Below are positions 9,048 to 17,122 of a stretch of 38,961 nt of DNA, piece by piece. Positions within the stretch are counted from its first letter, which is position 1; every line of letters begins with the position of its first letter. A model generated the notes under the pieces. The model was not told the origin of the DNA. It saw only the letters and a program-made list of their open reading frames with translations, and made no database searches. The stretch is from a virus: IMG/VR virus record IMGVR_UViG_3300045988_105504; one strand, given 5' to 3'. A program made the translations under genes and the position numbers.

Positions 9048-9383
9048 ATGGACGAAGGAAGAGAGAAGGTTAAAAAGATTTGGGAGTTGCTCAGTAAAAC
9101 TAGCTATGGATTATACCAAAACAGAAGAGGGTACGAAGATATAGAAGCGCTGAAAGAATGGATTGAAAATAAAAATATTTATATTACTTTTCATTCTGAA
9201 GGATGGAGAGGCGGAGAGTTTTTGCCGAATTTGCCCACCTCCGACTTTATAGACATATCAAAAATGGCTATGGATGTTATTCATAAAAGGCTAGAGCAAA
9301 GAAACGCTGAGGCGCTGGAATATGTAAAAGAGATACAGGAAATATTGACAGAGGTGGAAGATGACAAAGAAAGAAGCGAGTGA
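9048..9383 (+). CDS. Hypothetical early protein (first of three similar-sized tandem ORFs)
   Basis: ATG preceded by GAGGTGA; 111 aa. Confidence 0.5.
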   Translation: MDEGREKVKKIWELLSKTSYGLYQNRRGYEDIEALKEWIENKNIYITFHSEGWRGGEFLPNLPTSDFIDISKMAMDVIHKRLEQRNAEALEYVKEIQEILTEVEDDKERSE

Positions 9384-9699
9384 AATCCTAGAGGTGGCAA
9401 AAGGGGTGGTAAGCAATATGATAGACGTGGTTGGAGTCGAAGAGGTGATAGAAAAACTTGAGGGTTATAAACAGGAAAAGGGAGTAGATTTCACTGCTGA
9501 AATTTACGTATGGAAGGATAAAGGGCGGACTTTAAAAGATAATTTTAAATTATCTTCATATTTATCCGCAGATGATCAAGTACCGCTGTTAAAAATTGCT
9601 ATAAATCTGCTTAGAGAAAAAAAGAAAAAATGTATAAGCAATTTTCAGGAAAATGCAAGAAGCTTTGAAAAACTTACGAAAGAGGCGTTAAATGAGTAG
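9361..9699 (+). CDS. Hypothetical early protein (second of the tandem trio)
   Basis: ATG preceded by GAGGTGGA; 112 aa; overlaps its neighbours at both ends. Confidence 0.5.
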   Translation: MTKKEASEILEVAKGVVSNMIDVVGVEEVIEKLEGYKQEKGVDFTAEIYVWKDKGRTLKDNFKLSSYLSADDQVPLLKIAINLLREKKKKCISNFQENARSFEKLTKEALNE

Positions 9700-10066
9700 C
9701 GATATCAAACATAATGCAGAAGGCTATAAAGATAGCACGGCCTATAAGGCGATTGTATCAATGGAAGAGTTTAAGAAAAGACAGCTGAAAGAGCAGGCGG
9801 AGCGTGTAAGCGCTTGGCTGGAAGAAATAAGGCTTTGCAATGAAGGAATCACGGAAACATCTAAGGCATTTGATAATATATATTTCAATTGGCCTTGTGA
9901 CATACTGGTAAAACCGCTTGACGAAAAAAGCTTTGAAATTCCTTTAATGGGGCCGAGTAGGGGAAAAATAATTGACGCAATTAAAGAAGAGCTTGTAAAA
10001 AAGTCAGAGGGCTACATGGATAAGATTACAAAAGCTTATCAGGAGTTAGACAAGCTTTTAAAGTGA
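9692..10066 (+). CDS. Hypothetical early protein (third of the tandem trio)
   Basis: 124 aa; N-terminal NAEGYKDSTAYKAI motif; coupled start. Confidence 0.5.
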   Translation: MSSDIKHNAEGYKDSTAYKAIVSMEEFKKRQLKEQAERVSAWLEEIRLCNEGITETSKAFDNIYFNWPCDILVKPLDEKSFEIPLMGPSRGKIIDAIKEELVKKSEGYMDKITKAYQELDKLLK

Positions 10067-10074
10067 GGTAGAGC

Positions 10075-10344
10075 ATGAGAAAAATAGTTATACATCTGAA
10101 TAACAAGGCGATAGGCGTAACTATAGATGATAACGCTTCAGACAAGGAAATCAGAGAAAAAGTTCTTGAAGAAGTCATAGACCGAATTGCATATGACTAT
10201 GAAGAGGTGGACGAATGGCCGAAGACCTGCGCTTTATGCGAATGGTATGTTGACAGAATAAGATTTTGTTTAAATGAAGACATAGTAGCTTGCAATGATT
10301 CAGGGGGTTGTGAGAAGTGGGAGCTCAAAGAAGAATATGAATAA
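10075..10344 (+). CDS. Small Cys-rich protein (CxxCEWY...CEKW module)
   Basis: 89 aa; KTCALCEWYVDRIRFCLNEDIVACNDSGGCEKWE; SD GTGAGGTAGAG. Confidence 0.55.
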   Translation: MRKIVIHLNNKAIGVTIDDNASDKEIREKVLEEVIDRIAYDYEEVDEWPKTCALCEWYVDRIRFCLNEDIVACNDSGGCEKWELKEEYE

Positions 10345-10855
10345 AGATTTAGCAAGGCAGATATTACAGCGTTACGGTTTGAGGCATCAAAAGGCTAAAG
10401 CCATTGAAGAGTTAGGCGAACTTATAGTTGCCTTACAGAAGGATTTATTATCTGGCAAAGATGGCTTGTCTAAAGAGGTTCTTGAAGAAATAGCTGATGT
10501 TCACATCATGCTATCTCAGCTACTAGATGATGAAGGTGATAGGACCACAGTATCGCTTATAGTCGATAAAAAGCTGAAGAGGCAGATGAGAAGGATTGAG
10601 GCGGAAAAGAGCAGTGGTAAAACTTGTGAAAATTGCGAGTGGTATATAAGATTAAGACCACTTGCGCGCAAGGGTGTATGTTATTGTTCACAAAGTGCTA
10701 AACAAAGAACTTACGTAGATGTCAAAATGACTTGTGAAAAATGGGGAGGAATAAATGGCAATACAAAAAGATATAGTGATAAATCGCAAAGAATATCAGA
10801 GCATCAAAAAGAAGGACCACAATCAGATGAATGTATACTTGCAAAATATTTATAA
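10337..10855 (+). CDS. MazG-like nucleotide pyrophosphohydrolase fused to a C-terminal CxxCEWY...CEKW Cys module
   Basis: AIEELGELIVALQKDL...EEIADVHIMLSQL (MazG-like helical pair), then KTCENCEWYIRL...CYCSQ...CEKWG. ATG 10337 overlaps the upstream stop (ATGAATAA). Confidence 0.7.
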   Translation: MNKDLARQILQRYGLRHQKAKAIEELGELIVALQKDLLSGKDGLSKEVLEEIADVHIMLSQLLDDEGDRTTVSLIVDKKLKRQMRRIEAEKSSGKTCENCEWYIRLRPLARKGVCYCSQSAKQRTYVDVKMTCEKWGGINGNTKRYSDKSQRISEHQKEGPQSDECILAKYL

Positions 10856-11006
10856 AAATGCCTACATGGATGGTTTTAAAGACGGTACAGAGTCAGTACC
10901 GGGAATAGATATAGCGGAAATTAAAAAGATTCTTTTAAGTATAAAGGGTCTAGGCGAAAAGAGAGTGGCTGACATATTGGAAGCACTTGAGAAGGAGTTG
11001 AAATAA
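10755..11006 (+). CDS. Small helix-hairpin-helix (HhH) protein
   Basis: IKGLGEKRVADILEAL HhH motif. Strong SD GGGGAGGA 5 nt upstream. The 5' 101 nt overlap the tail of the MazG-like ORF. Confidence 0.5.
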   Translation: MAIQKDIVINRKEYQSIKKKDHNQMNVYLQNIYKNAYMDGFKDGTESVPGIDIAEIKKILLSIKGLGEKRVADILEALEKELK

Positions 11007-11431
11007 TGACAGCTAAAGAGTATCTGAGACAGTTAAAGACGTTAGACAATATGATAAATGCAAAGTTGCTTGAACGAGAGAGGATAAGAGCATTAGCTAC
11101 TAAGGTTACAGTGTCACAATCAGAAAAGGTACAGTGCAGCAGTGGAGGTGGATTTGAAAATGTAGTAATAAAAATTCAAGAGTTAGAAGATGAAATTAAT
11201 GCTGATGTTGACAAGCTTGTTGATTTAAAGAGAGAAGCAAGAGGATTGATTGGAAAACTCGAAGATGAAAGGCATAAGATCGTTTTAATAATGTACTATG
11301 TATCAGATATGACTTTTGAGAAAGTAGCTGAGCAAACAAATTATTCTTTCGCAGCAGTACACAGCTTGCATAAAGCGGCATTACGTGGATTTGAAAAAAT
11401 TTATAGAGAAAAGAGTGATAAAAGTATATAA
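11006..11431 (+). CDS. DUF1492/ArpU/RinA-superfamily late-gene transcriptional activator (sigma-70 region-4-like HTH)
   Basis: N-terminus AKEYLRQLKTLDNMINAKLLERERIRALATKVT. C-terminal HTH IMYYVSDMTFEKVAEQTNYSFAAVHSLHKAALRGFEKI. Last early gene, directly upstream of the packaging genes. Confidence 0.7.
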   Translation: MTAKEYLRQLKTLDNMINAKLLERERIRALATKVTVSQSEKVQCSSGGGFENVVIKIQELEDEINADVDKLVDLKREARGLIGKLEDERHKIVLIMYYVSDMTFEKVAEQTNYSFAAVHSLHKAALRGFEKIYREKSDKSI

Positions 11432-11523
11432 AAAAATATAAAAGTGATATTTCACATGTGATATACTGTATACGTGAAAAGTTTAAAGCAAGTATACTTT
11501 TTCATAATCCTCCTTTTGGGTTC

Positions 11524-11562
11524 GAGAGCGGTTTGGGCATTTTACCGCTCTCAGTTTTTTTT
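11524..11562 (+). terminator. Rho-independent terminator 1 upstream of terS
   Basis: 9-bp stem GAGAGCGGT/ACCGCTCTC, 11-nt loop, followed by T8. Confidence 0.8.
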
Positions 11563-11606
11563 CGGAGGAAATCGTTGTAATGAACCTCTTAAACTATTTT
11601 TCGTTA

Positions 11607-11636
11607 AAAGACAGTCAGGTGTGGCTGTCTTTTTTG
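11607..11636 (+). terminator. Rho-independent terminator 2 upstream of terS
   Basis: Stem AAAGACAG(TC)/(GG)CTGTCTTT with a 6-nt loop, followed by a T-tract. Confidence 0.7.
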
Positions 11637-11660
11637 TATGCAGAAAGGAGCTGATGATAT

Positions 11661-12122
11661 ATCAAATTAACATTAAAACAGCAGAGATTTGCTGATGAAT
11701 ATATCATCAGTGGAAACATATACAACTCGTTGATAAAAGCCGGGTATAGTGAGAATTACGCAAAAGCAGATGGATGTAAAATCCTAGAAAATCCTAGTGT
11801 AAAAAACTATATTGACGAAAAATTAAAAGAGTTATCTGACAAAAAAGTTGCGAATCAACAAGAAGTGCTTGAGTACCTTACATCTGTAATGAGAGGAGAA
11901 AGTAACTCAGAGGTTGTTGTCATAGAAGGACAAGGCGAAGGAATAAGCAGGGCAAAGCCTATGCAGAAAGCTCCTGATGAGAGGGAAAGGCTTAAAGCTG
12001 CAGAATTACTCGGTAAGCGCATGGGGCTGTTTAAGGAAAAGGTTGAGCTAAGCACAGATGAGCCTAGCAAGAAGCTATCCGACATACTGGATCAGCTGGG
12101 AGGTGAGGGTCTTGAAGAGTAG
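11661..12122 (+). CDS. terS: Terminase small subunit; the start is probably non-canonical (ATC 11661), the first canonical start is TTG 11730
   Basis: The frame is open from 11658. Residues KLTLKQQRFADEYIISGNIYNSLIKAGYSENYAKA form the usual terS N-terminal HTH. The only near-cognate start is ATC, 10 nt after AAAGGAG. Confidence 0.7.
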   Translation: MKLTLKQQRFADEYIISGNIYNSLIKAGYSENYAKADGCKILENPSVKNYIDEKLKELSDKKVANQQEVLEYLTSVMRGESNSEVVVIEGQGEGISRAKPMQKAPDERERLKAAELLGKRMGLFKEKVELSTDEPSKKLSDILDQLGGEGLEE

Positions 12123-13473
12123 CTTCCCGCTTTCTGATAAGTATATCGACTTCATAAATTCAACCAAGAATGTTAATGCTGACTTCCTGGAAGGTACAAC
12201 GGCATCAGGTAAAACTACTGTAGGTGCAGGCGTAAAGTTTATGAAAATGGTCAGTGCAAGCAAGAAGAAGTTGCACATTATAGCAGCCAAGACTACCGGA
12301 GTTGCCGAAAAGAATATCATACAGCAAGATAACGGGATATTAGATATACATAACTCCGCTGTTTACTGTGGTAATGGAGATAAGGACAATAAGATACCGC
12401 ATATAAAGTTTGAGGGCAAAATAATATATGTTCTGGGGTACGATAACAGAGACAAGTGGGAGCTTGTCCTTGGATCACAGTTTGGATGTGTGTACATTGA
12501 TGAGATTAACACGGCTAATATTGAGTTTGTCAGAGAGGTATCAACAAGAAATGATTATCTGATGGCAACGCTGAATCCAGATAACCCGGACTTGCCTGTA
12601 TATAAAGAATTTGTAAACAGGTCAAGGCCTTATAAGAAGTATGAGCAGGACGTCCCTAAAGAAATATTGGAAGAGTTAAAAGAAAAGCCGGTACAAGGAT
12701 GGAAGTACTGGTTTTTTTCGTTCAGAGATAACTTAAGCTTAACTCAGGAACAGATTGCCAAAAAGATAGAGTCTGCTCCTGAAGGAACTAAGCTTTACAA
12801 GAACAAAATTCAAGGTTTACGAGGTAAAGCTACAGGTCTTATATTCCCTAATTTTGATAGAAAAAAGCATGTGATAAGCATTGCAGAGGCGAAGAAGTAT
12901 GAGTTTAGAAAGTTCAGTGCTGCACTGGATACGGCCTACTCGAGTAAAAGCTCTGATACAATCGCTATGGTATTCCAAGGCATTACTAAGTGCCGTAAGG
13001 TTATAACTCTTGCTGAAAAGGTTTATAACAATGCTAATCTTGATACACCTTTGGCACCGTCTGATACGGTTAAAAAATTTATTGATTTTCTTGATGAGAA
13101 TAAAGATAAATGGGGCTTGGTAAGAGATGTATTTATAGACAGTGCAGACCAAGCGACCATAACAGAGCTTAATAAGTACAAGAGGCTGAACGGTTCAATA
13201 TATAAGTTTAACAATGCCTATAAGGCTATGAAGATTATAGACCGTATAAACCTTATGCTTGGATGGATACAGCAAGGCTCATACTTGGTATGTGATGGTT
13301 GTACAGAACATCTTAAAGAGATTGACACATACAGTTGGAAAGAGGATAAGGACGAGCCGGAAGATGCAAACGATCATACTATAAATGCAAGTCAGTATTC
13401 GTGGATACCATACAAGCATCTTATAGGCTTTGAAGAGAAAGAGAGACCGGATGAGGATAATGGAGACTATTAA
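12112..13473 (+). CDS. terL: Terminase large subunit (PBSX/Terminase_3-like)
   Basis: Walker A EGTTASGKTT, Walker B CVYIDEINT, NPDNPD motif, nuclease half with DSADQA. TTG 12112 lies 8 nt after GGGAGG. The in-frame ATG 12058 has no SD. Confidence 0.9.
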   Translation: MKSSFPLSDKYIDFINSTKNVNADFLEGTTASGKTTVGAGVKFMKMVSASKKKLHIIAAKTTGVAEKNIIQQDNGILDIHNSAVYCGNGDKDNKIPHIKFEGKIIYVLGYDNRDKWELVLGSQFGCVYIDEINTANIEFVREVSTRNDYLMATLNPDNPDLPVYKEFVNRSRPYKKYEQDVPKEILEELKEKPVQGWKYWFFSFRDNLSLTQEQIAKKIESAPEGTKLYKNKIQGLRGKATGLIFPNFDRKKHVISIAEAKKYEFRKFSAALDTAYSSKSSDTIAMVFQGITKCRKVITLAEKVYNNANLDTPLAPSDTVKKFIDFLDENKDKWGLVRDVFIDSADQATITELNKYKRLNGSIYKFNNAYKAMKIIDRINLMLGWIQQGSYLVCDGCTEHLKEIDTYSWKEDKDEPEDANDHTINASQYSWIPYKHLIGFEEKERPDEDNGDY

Positions 13474-15013
13474 AAAGAGTATAAGAAGCTGGTTAGAGAT
13501 ACAGCCGGCAGACCCTTACACAATAAAAATAATAGATAGCATAGACTTTGAAACCAATGCTATCCGTAACAAGATATGGTACAGGGGTGACAGTAATGAA
13601 CTTGAACAGCTGTATAGCCAGTTACTTGAGCATGCTGACAAATATAAATTCTGGGCATCAAAAAGCACACCTGGTCAAGAGATAAGAAAAGTGCACACAG
13701 GTTTGCCCGGACTCATAGTGAAAGTGCTTACTGATGTAGTTCTTAATGACTTAAATGATTTTGATTTTGAGTTAGATAAAAACAAAAGTCTTTGGGAAGA
13801 TTTTGACAAAGAAGATCTATTCTCAGAGCACTTAAACCTTGCGCTTAGAGAAATGCTGTACATGGGTGATGGAGCTTGGAAGATAGTCATTGATACAAAG
13901 TTCAGCCCATATCCAATGTCTGAGTGGGTATCAGGTCTGTATGTAGATTATGTATACCAGTATGGCAGAGTGAAAGAGGTTATTTTTAAGACCGCTTATA
14001 AAGAGAGCTATAAAACGTATACGCTGCATGAAATATACGGGTATGGATATATAAATTACAGATTGTATCTGGGAGATAAAGAAGTACCGCTTACCACTAT
14101 TGAAGCGACAAAGCATTTGACTGATTTAGTTTTTGATAAGACGGTTATTTTGGCTGTTCCTGCAAAGATATATTCAAGTAAGAAGTATCCGAATAGAGGC
14201 GGTTCAATCTTTGATGACGGCAAGCTTGATAACTTTGATGCATTTGATGAAGCTTGGAGCCAATGGATGGATGCTTTAAGAGCGGGCAGGGCAAAGACAT
14301 ACATCCCTGAAGGACTGTTGCCAAGAGATCCAAACACGGGGGCGCTTGTAAAGCCGAACGCATTTGATAACCGATACATAGCCACTGAGGCGAACATGTC
14401 AGAAAAGTCAGATAACAGAATCAGCACTGAACAGCCGGCTATTCCTCACGATAGCTATTTAGCCTCATACGTAACGGCTTTAGACCTTTGCTTGCAGGGT
14501 ATTATAAGCCCAAGTACCTTGGGTATTGATGTGAAGAAGCTTGATAATGCGGAGGCACAAAGAGAAAAAGAAAAGGCTACCCTTTACACAAGAGGCTCAA
14601 TAGTAAAAGCCTTGCAAAAGGTTCTTCCAAGAGTTATACAGGCTCATTTCGATGCATACAACATACTGAACAAGGCCGTATTGGAAGAAGTAAAGGTTGA
14701 TGTGAACTTTGGAGAGTATGCAAATCCGTCTTTTGAAAGCCAGGTTGAGACAGTATCCAAGGCTAAGACAGGTGGAATCATGAGCATAGAGGCATCTGTA
14801 GATGAGCTTTATGGTGATAGCAAGGATGACGAATGGAAAAAAGAGGAAGTAGCAAGGCTTAAGGCAGAGCAGGGTATTGTTGAGATGGAAGAGCCTGCAC
14901 TTAACTTAGAGGGGGTATTGATAGATGATAGTATCGATAATGAATCATCAGTACAAAATGTCAAAGGAACAGTACAAGGGGATGTTAAAGCTGGCATCCG
15001 AGCAAGTACCTAG
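13451..15013 (+). CDS. Portal protein (SPP1 gp6-like)
   Basis: KIWYRGDSNELEQLY motif; about 520 aa; immediately after terL. The start is ambiguous (TTG 13430, ATG 13451 or ATG 13460). Confidence 0.85.
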   Translation: MRIMETIKKSIRSWLEIQPADPYTIKIIDSIDFETNAIRNKIWYRGDSNELEQLYSQLLEHADKYKFWASKSTPGQEIRKVHTGLPGLIVKVLTDVVLNDLNDFDFELDKNKSLWEDFDKEDLFSEHLNLALREMLYMGDGAWKIVIDTKFSPYPMSEWVSGLYVDYVYQYGRVKEVIFKTAYKESYKTYTLHEIYGYGYINYRLYLGDKEVPLTTIEATKHLTDLVFDKTVILAVPAKIYSSKKYPNRGGSIFDDGKLDNFDAFDEAWSQWMDALRAGRAKTYIPEGLLPRDPNTGALVKPNAFDNRYIATEANMSEKSDNRISTEQPAIPHDSYLASYVTALDLCLQGIISPSTLGIDVKKLDNAEAQREKEKATLYTRGSIVKALQKVLPRVIQAHFDAYNILNKAVLEEVKVDVNFGEYANPSFESQVETVSKAKTGGIMSIEASVDELYGDSKDDEWKKEEVARLKAEQGIVEMEEPALNLEGVLIDDSIDNESSVQNVKGTVQGDVKAGIRAST

Positions 15014-15152
15014 TGGTGTGTATGCAATAGAGAAGAACGGATATGCTGAGCTAAGACGAGACAGGACCGAAAGTAAGACAAAGCACAAAGAACTTGTAAG
15101 ACAGTTCAAGCAATCAGGATTTAAGGTATACAGTAATGAGCCGTCAAGATAA
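14925..15152 (+). CDS. Small hypothetical protein overlapping the portal 3' end
   Basis: 75-aa ORF (or from ATG 14958); SD GAGGGGG upstream of 14925; bridges portal and MuF. Coding status is uncertain. Confidence 0.4.
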   Translation: MIVSIMNHQYKMSKEQYKGMLKLASEQVPSGVYAIEKNGYAELRRDRTESKTKHKELVRQFKQSGFKVYSNEPSR

Positions 15153-16878
15153 TTCTTTAGGTTTTGTAGAACCTGAATATGATATAGGCAAAGCGTTCGA
15201 CAAGATAGAGAATGAACTCATAGCCTCTATGATCAGGAACATGGATAGGCATAGAGCTGAAGAGCTAAAAGAGGGCTATGACTGGGAAATGTGGCAGGCC
15301 TTACAGCTTAAGCAGTTGGAGAAGTATAAAAAGCTAAATGCTGCGAGATTTAAAGGTCGGTTTAAAGATATCAATACCCGGATAGAAGACCTGATTAGAG
15401 AGTCCAATAAAAAAGGCTATCTTTCAGAAGAAATAAAGATACTTGATGCTATAAAGCAAGGGTTCTTTGCAAATAAATCGGAGGAAGCTTTAGCAGGTGC
15501 ATTCTTTAGACTTAATGAGAGGAAGCTTAACGCCCTTGTAAGAGCAACAGTAAAGGATATGAGTACTGCGGAAACTGCGATACTTAGAATGGCTAATGAC
15601 AGATACCGCAGAGCCATATTTGATGCTCAAGTTTATGCTAATACCGGAGCAGGTACTTACGAGAAGGCCGTAGATATGGCTACAAAGGATATGCTTGCAG
15701 CAGGCCTTAAATGTGTTGAATACTCAAATGGAGCAAGGCACACATTAGCTAACTACGCTAGAATGGCCATAAGGACTGCAAATAAGAGGGCATATCTGCA
15801 GGGCGAGGGTGCTAAAAGGCGAGAGTGGGGGCTAAGCACAGTTATAGTAAACAAAAGAGGTGGAGCGTGTCCGCTATGTTTACCTTTTGTGGGCAAGGTT
15901 ATGATAGATGATGTATGGAGCGGAGGAAAGGCTACAGACGGACCTTATATGTTGCTTAGCTCCGCTATATCTGATGGATTTTACCACCCAAACTGTAAAG
16001 ATAGTCACAGTACTTACTTTCCTATGCTTGACGATAATCCGGTAGCTAGATTCTCAAAAGGAGAGATTAAAGAGATTGAGGAAGGCTACAGACAAGAACA
16101 ACTTGTAAACTATGCTGATAGACAAGTGAAGAAATATACAAGGTTATCTGAAAATTCACTGGATAGTGAAAATGCAGATAGTTATAGAAGAAAAGTCAAA
16201 GTATGGAAAAGTAAATTATATAGGTTTATAGATAAGACAACTGCAAGGAGTTTTTCGATCAATCAATTACCTACAGGTTATAGAGATGAAATACTAAGCA
16301 TAATAGAAAGTGCAAACCCTATAATTAAAGACATGATAAAACGCAATATGCATAGAATTACTTTTGCTAATTATGAAATATTAGGAGGTGCTTTTTACAA
16401 TAAGCAAGGTATTTTTGTGAATTTAAGCAAGGATTCAATGAACAGATTAGGTAAATTCAAGTCCACATTCCACGAACTGGGACACTATATAGACGACTTA
16501 GAATCATTGACTGATGGGAGTAAATACTTTGAACAGGCGCTATATAATGACTTTCACAATCTTGAAAAAAGTATACGGAATGGGTATAATCTGAATCAAG
16601 AAGAAGCATACAAATTTATAAGTTCTCATTTAATAAAAGATTCTTCTCTGCATTCAATATCTGATATAGTAGGTGGCATAACAGACAACGCTTGTGTAGG
16701 AAAGTGGGGGCATTTTACAGAAGATTATTGGGTTGGAAACAAATTAAAAAGAGAAGCCTTTGCACATTTTTTTGAAGCAACTATAAGAAATGATACACAA
16801 AAGCTCCATCACATAGAGCAGGTTTTTCCAACGGCGTATGATGAATTTATAAAGATAATCAAAGGAGGGAACATATGA
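15136..16878 (+). CDS. MuF/SPP1-gp7-type minor head protein with a C-terminal HExxH metallopeptidase-like domain
   Basis: MuF core GACPLCLPFVGKVMIDD...GFYHPNCKDSHSTYF. C-terminal ~215 aa carry FHELGHYID (16471-16485) and, about 90 aa later, REAFAHFFEA (from 16753). Confidence 0.85.
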   Translation: MSRQDNSLGFVEPEYDIGKAFDKIENELIASMIRNMDRHRAEELKEGYDWEMWQALQLKQLEKYKKLNAARFKGRFKDINTRIEDLIRESNKKGYLSEEIKILDAIKQGFFANKSEEALAGAFFRLNERKLNALVRATVKDMSTAETAILRMANDRYRRAIFDAQVYANTGAGTYEKAVDMATKDMLAAGLKCVEYSNGARHTLANYARMAIRTANKRAYLQGEGAKRREWGLSTVIVNKRGGACPLCLPFVGKVMIDDVWSGGKATDGPYMLLSSAISDGFYHPNCKDSHSTYFPMLDDNPVARFSKGEIKEIEEGYRQEQLVNYADRQVKKYTRLSENSLDSENADSYRRKVKVWKSKLYRFIDKTTARSFSINQLPTGYRDEILSIIESANPIIKDMIKRNMHRITFANYEILGGAFYNKQGIFVNLSKDSMNRLGKFKSTFHELGHYIDDLESLTDGSKYFEQALYNDFHNLEKSIRNGYNLNQEEAYKFISSHLIKDSSLHSISDIVGGITDNACVGKWGHFTEDYWVGNKLKREAFAHFFEATIRNDTQKLHHIEQVFPTAYDEFIKIIKGGNI

Positions 16879-17114
16879 TACCTGATTTTATATTAAAGGG
16901 GGATAAACAAGATGCAGCACTGGAGGCTGCCAGGTGTACTGAACTTATCCAAGAGTATATAAAAGAAATAGGAGGCCCTCTTATTACAGAAAATTCTTAT
17001 TTGTCCGATGAGGAATGGATAGAAATTCTTGAAGAGTGTCTTAGAACTGGTAAAACTTATTGGGAGGTTACAGGAGAAGAGTATATGGGTGATGATAAGG
17101 ATACATATTATTGA
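16875..17114 (+). CDS. Small acidic protein coupled to MuF (candidate cognate immunity/inhibitor)
   Basis: ATGA overlap with the MuF stop; SD AAAGGAGGGA; 79 aa rich in Glu/Asp. Confidence 0.6.
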   Translation: MIPDFILKGDKQDAALEAARCTELIQEYIKEIGGPLITENSYLSDEEWIEILEECLRTGKTYWEVTGEEYMGDDKDTYY

Positions 17115-17122
17115 TGTTGATC

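Noticed and set aside
11452-11505. 17-codon - strand micro-ORF (MKKYTCFKLFTYTVYHM) preceded by AAAGGAGGA
   Set aside because: The SD-to-ATG spacing is only 3 nt, no promoter is evident, and it lies in a + strand transcribed leader. The CCTCC is more simply part of the leader sequence. I cannot exclude it, but there is no support.
11474-11695. 73-aa + strand ORF in the terS leader
   Set aside because: It runs straight through two rho-independent terminators and their T-tracts (hence the F/L-rich product). It starts with GTG, has no SD, and its last codons belong to the out-of-frame ATG 11654 mini-ORF.
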